The notes beneath the pieces were generated by a model, which worked only from the letters and a program-made list of their open reading frames with translations, had not been told where the DNA came from and did no database searches. A stretch of 64,000 nt of DNA from assembly GCA_964490075.1 (NCBI GenBank), contig CAZBBK010000003.1, forward strand, positions 62,001-126,000, given 5' to 3'. The DNA is from an uncultured Gemmatimonadota bacterium. Lineage in GTDB: Bacteria; GCA-2686955. Position numbers and translations under genes: made by a program. Positions 1 through 9,769 of the stretch are shown here, piece after piece (positions within the stretch are counted from its first letter, which is position 1; each line of letters starts with the position of its first letter).

Positions 1-280
1 CACGATGATCAGCTGGAGCTACTACGGAGAGAAGGCGAGCGCCTACCTCTTCGGGCACGGAGCGCGGGTGCGCCTGGCCTATCGTCTGCTCTTCCTGGCC
101 TTCGTCTACTTGGGGACCGTGACCAGCCTCGACAACGTGCTCGAATTCTCCGATCTGATGATCCTCTCGATGGCCTTTCCGAATGTGGTGGGGATGGTGT
201 TCCTGGCGCCCTTGGTGCTGCGCCGCTCGAACGAGTACATGGCCAAGCTGAAGGCCGGGGAGTTCCCGGTCTACCGATGA
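1..280 (+). CDS. alanine/glycine:cation symporter (AGCS family), C-terminal part, truncated by window edge
   Basis: TMISWSYYGEKA...FSDLMILSMAFPN is the typical AGCS C-terminus. Confidence 0.85.
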   Translation, partial: TMISWSYYGEKASAYLFGHGARVRLAYRLLFLAFVYLGTVTSLDNVLEFSDLMILSMAFPNVVGMVFLAPLVLRRSNEYMAKLKAGEFPVYR

Positions 281-283
281 TCA

Positions 284-1201
284 GTGGCCTGCCGAATGGC
301 TGAGCACCCACGCTGGCGCGATCTCGCCCGAGCCCCCGTTACCGCCGTCAGCGGGCGCATCGGCTGCGTCGCGGCGCCGTGGCTGGCCGCGGCGGCGCTG
401 GTGGGCGCGCGGGGCGGACTCGGTGCGGCGCTGATCGCCGCGCTCCTGCTGGCCGGCGGGGGCGTCGGGATCTCCCGCATCGCCTTCCAGTGCAGCCGCC
501 GCAACCCCTTCTACCGAGCGTTCGAGGGCGGACGCTTCGGGTGCAGCCGATTGCACCGGCTGGCGCTCCCGCTTGCCCTCTGTGGGGTGGGGGCCGGCAC
601 TCTGTGGTGGAGCGGTAGGGCCCTCGGAGCCCTCGCGCTGCACGGGGCGAGCGCCTGGGGATGGGTGCTGGGACCGGTGCTGCTGGTCGTGGCGGCGCTC
701 TTCTGTCTCGCCGGAAGCGCGTGCGCGGTCGCCCTGACGTGGGGGCCGGCGATCGTCGCCACCACCGACGAGGAGGGGCTCGAGGTGCTGGCGCAGACCC
801 TGCGTGTCGCCGGCAGCGTGCGCGGTCTCGCCGGCTCCTGCGCGACGATCGTGCTTGCGGTCTTGGTGCTGGCGGTCGATCTGACGCTCTTTGCCGCGGC
901 GATCGATCTCTGGGTCGCCGAGGGTGCCCTGGCGGGCCTCCTGGACGCCTGGCGCGACGGATACGCTCTGCCGCCTGCGCCCGAAGCTCCACGTGGGCTC
1001 ATGCGCGGCGGGGCGGCGCTCGCACTGCTGCACGCCTACGCCACCTGGCACTGCGCCGCGGTCGGGGGTTATCTGGCGCTGCGCGAGCGGTTCGACGGCG
1101 AGAATCTGCTCGAGCGCGAGGATCCTGAGAGCTACGAGAGCGCGCTGCGGCGCGGGGAGCAACCACCCGCCGAGGTTGAGCGCGCCCCGGTCTGCCCATA
1201 A
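284..1201 (+). CDS. hypothetical multi-pass membrane protein
   Basis: 305-aa ORF with several hydrophobic stretches, filling the gap before lepA; start uncertain. Confidence 0.55.
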   Translation: MACRMAEHPRWRDLARAPVTAVSGRIGCVAAPWLAAAALVGARGGLGAALIAALLLAGGGVGISRIAFQCSRRNPFYRAFEGGRFGCSRLHRLALPLALCGVGAGTLWWSGRALGALALHGASAWGWVLGPVLLVVAALFCLAGSACAVALTWGPAIVATTDEEGLEVLAQTLRVAGSVRGLAGSCATIVLAVLVLAVDLTLFAAAIDLWVAEGALAGLLDAWRDGYALPPAPEAPRGLMRGGAALALLHAYATWHCAAVGGYLALRERFDGENLLEREDPESYESALRRGEQPPAEVERAPVCP

Positions 1202-1278
1202 CCTGTGACGGGCCCCACGGCGCCGGACGCGACGCAGGGCCGCCCCTCGGAGCGAGCATCGAGATCGACAGAGGATTC

Positions 1279-3078
1279 ATGGCAGACGCCTCCCGCATTC
1301 GCAACTTCTGCATCATCGCCCACATCGACCACGGCAAGTCGACGCTGGCCGATCGCTTGCTGGAGCTGACCGAAGCCGTCGGCGAGCGCCAGATGCGTGC
1401 GCAGGTGCTCGACGACATGGAGCTGGAGCGGGAGCGTGGCATCACCATAAAGGCGCATCCGATCCGCCTCGCGTACCGTGCCGCCGACGGTCACGACTAT
1501 GCGCTCACGCTGATCGACACTCCAGGGCACGTCGACTTCACCTACGAGGTCTCGCGCTCGTTGGCCGCCTGCGAAGGGGCGCTCCTGGTGATCGACGCCA
1601 GCCAGGGGGTCGAGGCCCAGACCCTGTCCAATCTCTACCTGGCGCTCGAGAACGACCTTACGATCATCCCCGTTCTCAACAAGATCGACCTGCCCAGTGC
1701 CGACATCGAAGGGATGAGCGAGCGCATCTGCGAGCTGATCGGCTGCCACACCGAGGAGATCCTGCGAGTCAGCGCCAAAGACGGCACCGGCTGCGAGCAG
1801 GTGCTGGAGGCGGTGGTGCGGCGCGTGCCGCCACCCGTGGGAGATCCCGACGCACCCCTTCGGGCATTGGTCTTCGACTCCGAGTACAACGTCTATCGCG
1901 GCGCGGTCTCCTGTCTGCGCGTGGTCGACGGCACGCTACGCGCCGGCCAGGGCTTCAAGTTCGCCACCCGCGACGCCGAGTTCAGCGCCGAGGAAGTGGG
2001 CTTCTTCCGCCTGGAGATGGAGCGCGCGGCGGCGCTCTCGGCCGGCGAGGTCGGCTACGTACTGGCCGGCATCAAGAACATCCGCGAGGTGCTGGTGGGC
2101 GACACCCTGATCGATCCCGCGAGCCCCGCGCCGCCGCTCTCCGGCTACCGCGAGAGCAAGCCGATGGTGTTCAGCGGCATCTACCCTTCCGATGCCGACC
2201 GCTACGTCGATCTGCGCGACGCCCTGGAGCGCCTGCAGCTCAACGACGCCAGCCTGAGCTACGAGCCCGAGACCAGCGAAGCGCTGGGCTTCGGGTTTCG
2301 TTGCGGCTTTCTCGGGCTCCTGCACATGGAGATCATCCAGGAGCGCATCGATCGCGAGCACGACCTCGAGATCGTGACCACCATGCCGAGCGTGCTCTAC
2401 CGTGCGCTCCTGACCGACGGCAGCGAGTGCCATGTCGACAACCCGGCGCATCTGCCCGATCCGAGAAACCTGGCTCATCTCGAGGAGCCGATGGTGCGCT
2501 CCACGGTGATCGTCCCGGCCGAGTTCATCGGGCCGATCATGAAGTTGATGCAGGAGCGCCGCGGCGTCCACCGGTCGATGACCTACCTCGATCCCACCCG
2601 AGTCGAGCTCCACTACGATCTGCCACTGGCGGAGATCGTCTTCGACTTCTACGACAAACTGAAGTCGGTCAGCCGTGGCTACGCCTCCTTCGACCACGAC
2701 TTCCTGGAGTACCGGCGCGCCGATCTGGTCAAGCTGGAAATGCTGCTCAACGGCCAGCCGGTAGACGCCTTGTCGATGGTGATCCATCGAGACAAGGCCT
2801 ATGACTGGGGCCGCAAGGTGGCCGGCAAGCTCCGAAAGTTGATTCCCCGGCAGATGTACGAGGTAGTGGTCCAGGCCGCGATCGGCAGCCGGGTGATCTC
2901 GCGGGCGGTGATCAAGCCGCTCAGAAAAAACGTCACCGCCAAGTGCTACGGGGGCGATATCACCCGCAAGCGCAAGCTCCTCGAGCGACAGAAAGAGGGC
3001 AAGCGACGGATGAAACAGATCGGCAAGATCGAGATCCCGCAAGAGGCCTTTCACGCCGTGCTCCAGGTCGAGGACTGA
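1279..3078 (+). CDS. lepA: translation elongation factor 4 (LepA)
   Basis: IRNFCIIAHIDHGKSTLADR, DTPGH, NKID, KCYGGDITRKRKLLE. Confidence 0.99.
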   Translation: MADASRIRNFCIIAHIDHGKSTLADRLLELTEAVGERQMRAQVLDDMELERERGITIKAHPIRLAYRAADGHDYALTLIDTPGHVDFTYEVSRSLAACEGALLVIDASQGVEAQTLSNLYLALENDLTIIPVLNKIDLPSADIEGMSERICELIGCHTEEILRVSAKDGTGCEQVLEAVVRRVPPPVGDPDAPLRALVFDSEYNVYRGAVSCLRVVDGTLRAGQGFKFATRDAEFSAEEVGFFRLEMERAAALSAGEVGYVLAGIKNIREVLVGDTLIDPASPAPPLSGYRESKPMVFSGIYPSDADRYVDLRDALERLQLNDASLSYEPETSEALGFGFRCGFLGLLHMEIIQERIDREHDLEIVTTMPSVLYRALLTDGSECHVDNPAHLPDPRNLAHLEEPMVRSTVIVPAEFIGPIMKLMQERRGVHRSMTYLDPTRVELHYDLPLAEIVFDFYDKLKSVSRGYASFDHDFLEYRRADLVKLEMLLNGQPVDALSMVIHRDKAYDWGRKVAGKLRKLIPRQMYEVVVQAAIGSRVISRAVIKPLRKNVTAKCYGGDITRKRKLLERQKEGKRRMKQIGKIEIPQEAFHAVLQVED

Positions 3079-3084
3079 GAAACA

Positions 3085-4098
3085 GTGGCATCGACACCGA
3101 GCGACACCGATCCAGGCTCGCGCTGCGCCCACGATTCCCTTCTCGAGTCCGCCGACCAGGCCTTGCAGCGGGCGCGGCGGCGCGGTGCCTCGCCCAGAGA
3201 GATCGCCGCATTGGGCGCGGCCCGCGACGAGGTGGCGGGAGAGGGCGACGCGGGTGTGCGGAGCGCGCGGCGCCGGCGCAAGCTGAAGAGGCTGATCGAC
3301 CGGGCCCAGACGCCATCGCGCGGCCTGTGGACCGAGTGGGGCCGACCGCTCTGCTACGGGGTCGCCATCGCGCTGTTGATCCGGGTGTTTCTCATCGAGG
3401 CTTTCCAGATCCCTTCCGGGTCGATGGAGAAGACCCTCCTGGTGGGCGACTATCTGCTCGTCAACAAAGTCGTCTATGGACCGCGCACTCCAGATAGAGT
3501 CACTTTTTACAAGAGCCAACTGACGCGCCGTGGTTGGCGCAGCGGTCATCTGCCCGGCGAACAGCCGCTGATCGACGTCGACCTGCCCGCCCTGCATCTG
3601 CCCGGCCTCAGAGCGGCCCGCCCCGGCGACATCATCGTGTTCGCCAATCCGAACGACACTTCCAGCAACTACATCAAACGTTGCGTCGCGATCGAGGGCC
3701 AGACCGTGGAGATCCGCGACAAGAAGCTCTACGTAGACGGCGTGGCGCGCGACGAGAGCTACGTGGAGCTGGATGCCGGCGCCGGCCTGCGGCGCGCGGG
3801 CAGTCGCGATCCCAACCCAATCGATCGCCGGAGCATGGAAGAGACCTGGGGCTCGCTCATGCGTCTCCGGGCGTGGAATCGCGACAATTTTGGGCCGGTG
3901 ACGGTTCCCCCCGGGCACCTGTTCATGCTCGGCGACAATCGAGACCATTCCCTGGACGGGCGCTACTGGGGCTTCCTCGACCAGGAGTTGGTCCGCGGCA
4001 AGGCATCGATCATCTACTTCTCCTGGATTCAGGAGTATTCGCTGTGGAATCCTCTGCGCGCGATTCGCTGGGACAGGCTGGGAAGCCGGATCCAATAG
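3085..4098 (+). CDS. lepB: signal peptidase I with N-terminal extension
   Basis: IPSGSMEKTLLVGD (Ser), YIKRC (Lys), GDNRDHSLDGRYWG; directly follows lepA. Confidence 0.97.
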   Translation: MASTPSDTDPGSRCAHDSLLESADQALQRARRRGASPREIAALGAARDEVAGEGDAGVRSARRRRKLKRLIDRAQTPSRGLWTEWGRPLCYGVAIALLIRVFLIEAFQIPSGSMEKTLLVGDYLLVNKVVYGPRTPDRVTFYKSQLTRRGWRSGHLPGEQPLIDVDLPALHLPGLRAARPGDIIVFANPNDTSSNYIKRCVAIEGQTVEIRDKKLYVDGVARDESYVELDAGAGLRRAGSRDPNPIDRRSMEETWGSLMRLRAWNRDNFGPVTVPPGHLFMLGDNRDHSLDGRYWGFLDQELVRGKASIIYFSWIQEYSLWNPLRAIRWDRLGSRIQ

Positions 4099-4103
4099 CC
4101 AAG

Positions 4104-5258
4104 ATGGAACGCGCCGCGGGCCTATACATCCATGTGCCCTTCTGCCGGGAAATCTGTCCCTACTGCGACTTCACCGTGGTGCGGCCGCGCACCGGGCAGG
4201 GGCGGAGCTTCGTGAATGCGCTGGGGATGAGGATCGCCCGTGAAGGCACGCGCGGTCCCTTCGCGGGCCGCAGGCTCGAGTCGGTCTACTTCGGCGGCGG
4301 CACTCCCTCGCTGCTCCCGCCGGCGGGTCTGGGGACGCTGCTCGACACCATTCGCGACAGCTTCGAGGTGGCCGCCGATGCCGAGATCTCGCTAGAGGCC
4401 AACCCCGAATCGGCGACGCGGCGGCGCATCGATGCTTGGCTCGAGGCCGGCATCGATCGGGTGTCGGTCGGCGTGCAGGCGCTGGATCGGACCAGCCTTC
4501 GCACACTCGGGCGCAGCCACGACCGCGCGCGAGCGCTGGCGGCGCTGGAGGATCTCGAGAGGGCGGGAGTGGGGCATCTGTGCGCCGATCTGATCGCCGG
4601 CATCCCGGGTCAGAGCGCGGCCGACTGGGCCGCCGGCGTGGAGCGGGTGATCGCTTCGGGCGTGACGCACCTGTCGATCTACTGCCTGACGGCTCATCCC
4701 GATACGCCGCTGGGGGAGCGGGTCGCCCGCGGAGAGATCGCGATCGACGAGGACGAGCAGGCCGATCGCTACCAGCAAGGGGTCGCCCTGGCCGCCGCGC
4801 ACGGGTTGGCGCGCTACGAGGTCGCCAATCTGGCGGCGCCCGGGCAGCGCAGCCGTCACAACCTGCTCTACTGGACCCAGGGCGACTGGCTCGGTCTGGG
4901 CCCGGGCGCCTGCTCGCACCTGCAGGGGAGGCGCTGGCGCGAGTCGGCGAATTTGCGTCACCACCTGAGCCCGGGCTCGGTGCCGCGCGACCAGGAGGAG
5001 GTGCTCGAGCTGCGGCAGCGGCAGCTCGAGACGATCATGCTGGGGCTGCGGCTGGAGGAGGGGATCGATCCGCGGGAGTTCGAAGGCCTCGGCGGAGGCA
5101 GCCTGGAGGCCACCGTTCCGGACACGCTGGCCCAGCTCATCGCGGCGAGGGCGATTTCTCGCTCGGGCGGTCCCGAAAGGCGCTGGCGTCTGCACGGACG
5201 CCACCTCCTGCTGGCCGATGCCTATGCCGAGCGCTTCGCGCGCGAGATCCTGGCCTGA
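4104..5258 (+). CDS. hemW: radical SAM heme chaperone HemW
   Basis: LYIHVPFCREICPYCDF (CxxxCxxC), YFGGGTPS, SRHNLLYW; ATG at 4104. Confidence 0.92.
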   Translation: MERAAGLYIHVPFCREICPYCDFTVVRPRTGQGRSFVNALGMRIAREGTRGPFAGRRLESVYFGGGTPSLLPPAGLGTLLDTIRDSFEVAADAEISLEANPESATRRRIDAWLEAGIDRVSVGVQALDRTSLRTLGRSHDRARALAALEDLERAGVGHLCADLIAGIPGQSAADWAAGVERVIASGVTHLSIYCLTAHPDTPLGERVARGEIAIDEDEQADRYQQGVALAAAHGLARYEVANLAAPGQRSRHNLLYWTQGDWLGLGPGACSHLQGRRWRESANLRHHLSPGSVPRDQEEVLELRQRQLETIMLGLRLEEGIDPREFEGLGGGSLEATVPDTLAQLIAARAISRSGGPERRWRLHGRHLLLADAYAERFAREILA

Positions 5259-5324
5259 TCGAGCCCCAGGACCCTACGAAGTGCCGCAAGTCGGTGTCGC
5301 GCATGCTGCCGGGAGTTCGCTGCC

Positions 5325-5354
5325 TTGACGCTCCAAGAGGGGCGATGATAGCGT
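5325..5354 (+). promoter_or_regulatory. putative sigma70-type promoter for the grpE-dnaJ operon
   Basis: TTGACG-N18-TAGCGT with extended TG (TGaTAGCGT) in the intergenic region. Confidence 0.55.
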
Positions 5355-5420
5355 TCGGGGTTCTCCGATCGCCGTCGCGCCAAGACTTCCAGAGCCAGGG
5401 ACAGCACCGTGAGCAGAGGA

Positions 5421-6122
5421 ATGAACGAGAAAGCAACCGACAGCCCCGTCCCCAAGGCCAAGACCGACGACGACGCCAAGGCGCCCGCGGCGGATGAGAC
5501 GGTGCCGCCCGAGCGGCGCGCCGATGCCGCCGGCCAGGCTCCCAAGCGGAAGACGCGGCGCGGCAAGAAGACCGCCGCCTTGGAGCAGCGGATCGAAGAG
5601 CTGGAGGCAGAGATCGAGCGTCTGAGCGCGGCCGAGGCCGAGGCCCGCGAGCGCTGGTACCGCAGCGCCGCCGAGTTCGAGAACTTCCGCCGCCGCACGA
5701 CCAAGGAGCGGGCGGAGCTGATCCGCAGCGCCGGCCAGAGCGTGGTCAGCAAGCTGCTCGAAGTGATGGACGCGCTGCACGCCGCCCAGGGCGCCGCGGA
5801 GAGCGTCAACGGCGAGTCGGCGGCCGAACAGCTGCGGCAGGGGATCGGGCTGATCGCGTCGAAGCTCGAGGCGGTGCTGGCCAGCGAGGGGGTGACGCCG
5901 ATCGAGGTCGAGGCGGGCGCCGACTTCGATCCTCACCTGCACGAGGCTCTGGCGCGGGTGCCGGCCCCGGAGCTGCCCGCGCACGCGATCCACAGCGTGG
6001 TGCAGCGCGGCTACCTGCTGGGGGAGAGGGTGTTGAGACCGGCTCGGGTGGCGGTAGTGGCCGAGCCCGAGACCGGTGAGGCGGCGGCCGAAGACGGCGA
6101 GAACCAGGACGGAGTCGATTGA
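5421..6122 (+). CDS. grpE: nucleotide exchange factor GrpE
   Basis: AEFENFRRRT, FDPHLHEA, QRGYLLGERVLRPARVAV. Confidence 0.97.
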   Translation: MNEKATDSPVPKAKTDDDAKAPAADETVPPERRADAAGQAPKRKTRRGKKTAALEQRIEELEAEIERLSAAEAEARERWYRSAAEFENFRRRTTKERAELIRSAGQSVVSKLLEVMDALHAAQGAAESVNGESAAEQLRQGIGLIASKLEAVLASEGVTPIEVEAGADFDPHLHEALARVPAPELPAHAIHSVVQRGYLLGERVLRPARVAVVAEPETGEAAAEDGENQDGVD

Positions 6123-7285
6123 TGCCCAGGGATTATTACGAGATTCTCGGCGTCGATCGCTCCGCCGATGCGGCCGGCGTCAAGCGAGCCTATCGCAAGC
6201 TGGCGCTGGAGAACCACCCCGATCGCAACCCCGGCGACAAGGCCGCGGAGGAGCGCTTCAAAGAGGCGACCCAGGCCTACGAGGTGCTTTCCGACGACCA
6301 GAAACGCAACCGCTACGACCGCTTCGGTCACGCCGGAGTCGACCCGAACATGGCCGGATTCGGCGGCGGCTTCGGCGCCGGGGGATTCGATCTCTCCGAC
6401 GCCCTGCGACGCTTCATGGAAGATTTCGGCGCCGGCGGAGCGTTCGGAGACATCTTCGGGGGGATGGGAGGAGCGCGCGGCGGCGCCTCGCGGGTTCAAA
6501 AAGGCTCCGACCTGCAGATCAAGCTCAAGCTCACTCTCGACGAGATCGCCAAGGGCGTTCCAAAGAAGATCAAGGTGGCCCGCCTCGATACCTGCGGCGA
6601 GTGCCAGGGGACCGGGTCGAGGAAAGGGACCCCACCGGCCACCTGCTCGACCTGCAACGGCCAGGGGCAGGTCCGCCAGGTGCAACGCACGGTGTTCGGA
6701 CAGTTCGTCAACGTGGGGCCCTGCCCGGCCTGCCGCGGCGAGGGGCGCGTGGTCGCCGATCCCTGCCCCAACTGTCGTGGCGAGGGGCGCGAGCGGGTGC
6801 GCGCGACGATCAACGTCAAGATCCCGGCCGGGGTCGCGACCGGGAACTACATCCCCCTGATGGAGCAGGGCAACATCGGCCCGCGCGGCGGCCCGCGCGG
6901 CGATCTCTTCATCTTCATCCAGGAGCAGGAGCACGAGCGCTTCGAGCGGCACGGCGAGCACCTGCTGCTGGATCTTCCGATCACCTTCTCGCAAGCCGCG
7001 CTGGGTGACCAGATCGAAATCCCCACCCTGGACGATCCGGTGCGGCTGACCATCCCCCCCGGCATTCCCTCGGGCAAGGTGCTGCGGGTGCGCGGCAAGG
7101 GGATGCCGCGGATCGACGACTACGGCCGCGGCGATCTCCTGGTCCGCGTGGCGCTGTGGACACCGCGCAAGCTCTCGAAGAAGGAGCGCGCCCTCTTCGA
7201 AGAGCTGGCTACCTGCGAGGGGACCAAGGCGCCGGAGGCAGAGCGCGGTTTCTTCGAGCGGGTGCTCGATGCCTTCCGGGGCTGA
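6122..7285 (+). CDS. dnaJ: chaperone DnaJ
   Basis: J domain with HPD, G/F region, four CxxCxGxG repeats; TGATG overlap with grpE. Confidence 0.99.
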   Translation: MPRDYYEILGVDRSADAAGVKRAYRKLALENHPDRNPGDKAAEERFKEATQAYEVLSDDQKRNRYDRFGHAGVDPNMAGFGGGFGAGGFDLSDALRRFMEDFGAGGAFGDIFGGMGGARGGASRVQKGSDLQIKLKLTLDEIAKGVPKKIKVARLDTCGECQGTGSRKGTPPATCSTCNGQGQVRQVQRTVFGQFVNVGPCPACRGEGRVVADPCPNCRGEGRERVRATINVKIPAGVATGNYIPLMEQGNIGPRGGPRGDLFIFIQEQEHERFERHGEHLLLDLPITFSQAALGDQIEIPTLDDPVRLTIPPGIPSGKVLRVRGKGMPRIDDYGRGDLLVRVALWTPRKLSKKERALFEELATCEGTKAPEAERGFFERVLDAFRG

Positions 7286-8141
7286 GCGCGACTGGGCCGA
7301 GCTCGCGATCACCCTGCGCGCCGCGGACGAGGAGGTCGCGGTGGCGCTCCTGGGCGATCTCTTCCCCGCGGGGATGCGGTGCGAGGGGGTGGGGCCCGAC
7401 CTGGTACGGTTGATCGGTCACGTCGAGTCTACGCGGCTGCCCTCCGGCGGGGCCGGCACCTGGGAGCAGCGGGTGATCGAGATCTTGCGACCCGTGCCGG
7501 TGCTGGCCTTCGAGGCGAAGCTGACCGAAGACCGGGATTGGATGGCGCAGTGGAGGGTGAGCTGGCGTCCGGTTCGACTCTGCGCCGATCTGTGGGTCTG
7601 TGCGCCGTGGCATGACCTGCCCGAGCCGGGTCGCGCGATCTGGATGGAGCCGGGGGCGGCCTTTGGGACCGGGCACCACGAGTCGACCCGCCTCGCGGCA
7701 ATGCTCGTCGAGGAGCAGGTGCGCCCGGGCGGGACCTATCTCGATCTCGGCTGCGGGACCGGGGTGCTGGCGATCGCGGCGGTCCTGCTGGGTGCGGGGC
7801 GCGTCCACTTGAACGATATCGATCCCGATGCCCGTGCGGTGGCGCACCGGGAGTTGCGCCTCAACCGCTGCGAAGATCGGGCGCGGTGGGTCGACGACCC
7901 GCGCCAGCTGGCCGAGCTGGACGGGGTCTTCATGAACATCGACCTCGAGACGATCGGTCGACTCTTGCCCGCGGTGGTGCCGACGCTCGGTGAGAAGGGC
8001 TGGATCGCGGTCTCGGGGGTGCTCCGAAGCAGCAGCGGCGAGGTGCTGCGCGCCGCCTCCGATGCCGACCTGGAACTGCGCCGCGAGCTGGCGGAGGGGG
8101 AGTGGTGGAGCGGACTGCTCGGCAAGGTACCGCGACCATGA
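7269..8141 (+). CDS. prmA: ribosomal protein L11 methyltransferase
   Basis: EPGAAFGTGHHESTR, LDLGCGTGVLAI; follows dnaJ. Confidence 0.93.
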   Translation: MPSGAERDWAELAITLRAADEEVAVALLGDLFPAGMRCEGVGPDLVRLIGHVESTRLPSGGAGTWEQRVIEILRPVPVLAFEAKLTEDRDWMAQWRVSWRPVRLCADLWVCAPWHDLPEPGRAIWMEPGAAFGTGHHESTRLAAMLVEEQVRPGGTYLDLGCGTGVLAIAAVLLGAGRVHLNDIDPDARAVAHRELRLNRCEDRARWVDDPRQLAELDGVFMNIDLETIGRLLPAVVPTLGEKGWIAVSGVLRSSSGEVLRAASDADLELRRELAEGEWWSGLLGKVPRP

Positions 8142-8827
8142 TCCGCGCCCACGCCGTGCCGATCCCCGAGCCGGGCGAGGTGGCCGAGCTGGCGGCGGAG
8201 GAGCGGCGCCACGTGCGCTCGGCGCGGCGGGCCCGCGACGGCCACGAAATCGAGCTCATCGACGGCGCCGGCACGCTCGCGCGGGCCCGGCTCGAGGCGC
8301 GGGGCACGCTCGCGCGGGTGGTGGAGCGGAGACAGTGCGAACGGCCTCCCGATCTGGCGCTGGCGGTGGCCGTGGCGCGCGGCACACGCTTCGAGATGAT
8401 CGTGGAGAAATGCGCCGAGCTGGGCATCGCCGCGCTCGAGCCGATCGTCTGCGAGCGCTCGATCGCCGGCCGGGGAGCGGGGCGCGGCGAGCGTTGGCGG
8501 CGGGTCGCGCTGGCGGCGCTCAAGCAGAGCGGCCAGCCCTGGCTGCCCCGTATCGAGGCCCCGGCGCCGCTCGAGTCGGTGCTGCGCGATTCGCGCCCGC
8601 TGATCGTGCTCGATTCCAGCGGAGCTCCGGAGCCCCTGCCGGAGGCGGTCCAGGCCGCGCCGCTGCGGATCCTGGTGGGACCGGAAGGGGGCTTCAGCGA
8701 AAGCGAGCGGCGCCGGCTCGCGGATCGGGGCGCCCGGATGATATCGTTGCCCGGCGCGACCCTGCGCATCGAGACCGCCGCTCTGGTGGCGGCGGTGCTG
8801 GGGCTACATGCCTTGGGGAAGATCTGA
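8138..8827 (+). CDS. rsmE: 16S rRNA m3U1498 methyltransferase
   Basis: EKCAELG, VGPEGGFS, LRIETAA; ATGA overlap with prmA. Confidence 0.93.
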   Translation: MIRAHAVPIPEPGEVAELAAEERRHVRSARRARDGHEIELIDGAGTLARARLEARGTLARVVERRQCERPPDLALAVAVARGTRFEMIVEKCAELGIAALEPIVCERSIAGRGAGRGERWRRVALAALKQSGQPWLPRIEAPAPLESVLRDSRPLIVLDSSGAPEPLPEAVQAAPLRILVGPEGGFSESERRRLADRGARMISLPGATLRIETAALVAAVLGLHALGKI

Positions 8828-8876
8828 GAGGTCGACCTCGCGGACCGCGGGGTCGCTTCTGACCGGAGGTCGAAAC

Positions 8877-9218
8877 GTGTCCGATTGCCTCTTCTGCTCC
8901 ATCGTCGCGGGCGCGATCCCCGCCGACATCGTCCTGGAGACACCCGACGCGCTGGTCTTCCGCGACATCGCGCCGCAAGCGCCGACTCATCTCCTGGTGA
9001 TTCCGCGAGAGCACCTCGAGAGCGTCGCCGAAGCGGCGCGGGGAGCGCGAGAAGCACTGCTCGGCCGCCTGCTCCAGGTCGCCGCCGAGGCTGCGCGGCA
9101 AGAGGAGCTCGATGCCTACCGGGTCGTGACCAACGTCGGCGCGGCGGCGGGGCAGAGCGTCTTCCATCTGCACCTGCACGTGCTGGGCGGGCGCCTCATG
9201 GGCTGGCCTCCGGGTTGA
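8877..9218 (+). CDS. hinT: HIT family (HinT-like) nucleotide hydrolase
   Basis: CLFCSI...GQSVFHLHLHVLGGR...WPPG; GGAGG RBS then GTG at 8877. Confidence 0.93.
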   Translation: MSDCLFCSIVAGAIPADIVLETPDALVFRDIAPQAPTHLLVIPREHLESVAEAARGAREALLGRLLQVAAEAARQEELDAYRVVTNVGAAAGQSVFHLHLHVLGGRLMGWPPG

Positions 9219-9306
9219 AATCCCGACGGCCTCGACTGTCCCGTGATAAGCTGATTGTCACGCGCATCGAACCCACACATCAATTCGGAAAGGATGGGCT
9301 TGCCCC

Positions 9307-9504
9307 ATGCCCGTTGTTCGGGTCAAAGACAATGAACCCTTCGAGAAGGCTTTGAAGCGTTTCAACAAGACCTGTCAGAAGGAAGGGATCCTCTTCGAGA
9401 TCAAGAGGAAGTCCCATTTCGAGAAACCCAGCGAACGGCGCAAACGCAAGATGGCGGCGGCCCGCAAGAAGGCCCGCAAAGCCGAGCGGATGCCGGTGCG
9501 CTAG
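9307..9504 (+). CDS. rpsU: 30S ribosomal protein S21
   Basis: VKDNEPFEKALKRF...FEKPSERRKRK. Confidence 0.98.
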   Translation: MPVVRVKDNEPFEKALKRFNKTCQKEGILFEIKRKSHFEKPSERRKRKMAAARKKARKAERMPVR

Positions 9505-9535
9505 ACCAAAACGCGCGCCGCGCCAAGACCCGGAG

Positions 9536-9588
9536 AAGCCGGCCAGCGACTCGACTCGAAATCGAGCGGAGCTCGCAGCCGGCTTTTT
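9536..9588 (+). terminator. putative intrinsic terminator after rpsU
   Basis: AAGCCGGC...GCCGGCTTTTT closing stem with an inner extended hairpin and a T run. Confidence 0.6.
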
Positions 9589-9589
9589 G

Positions 9590-9769
9590 GGGTCGGCGAA
9601 GAATTTGCTCCCCGGGTTTGCGCCCAGATGTGCCGTGGATCCGGTCGCTCGGCGAGGTCCGAAACCGGAGGAGTAGCTGCGCTACCTCGAGGATTTCGGG
9701 GCTCGCCGAGCGACCGGAGGTGCGGTGCAGATGGGCTGCAAACACGGGGAGCAATTTCTTCGCCGACCC
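9590..9769. mobile_element. 180-bp fold-back palindromic element (MITE/REP-like)
   Basis: 25-bp terminal inverted repeats with 1 mismatch (9590-9614 / 9745-9769), perfect 17-bp inner IR (9640-9656 / 9702-9718), TTG on both flanks. Confidence 0.6.

Noticed and set aside
1936-4095. 719-aa antisense ORF, and similar long shadow ORFs such as 17201-19504, 19625-21592, 56620-58233 and 60950-62485
   Set aside because: They lie opposite well-supported genes and have no motifs; stop-poor antisense frames are expected in high-GC coding DNA
5259-5420. CIRCE element upstream of grpE
   Set aside because: No TTAGCACTC-N9-GAGTGCTAA match
9590-9769. 6S RNA interpretation of the 180-nt rod
   Set aside because: Pairing is nearly continuous with no large central bubble, and near-perfect terminal IRs plus a TTG duplication fit a MITE better; not formally excluded without an Rfam scan
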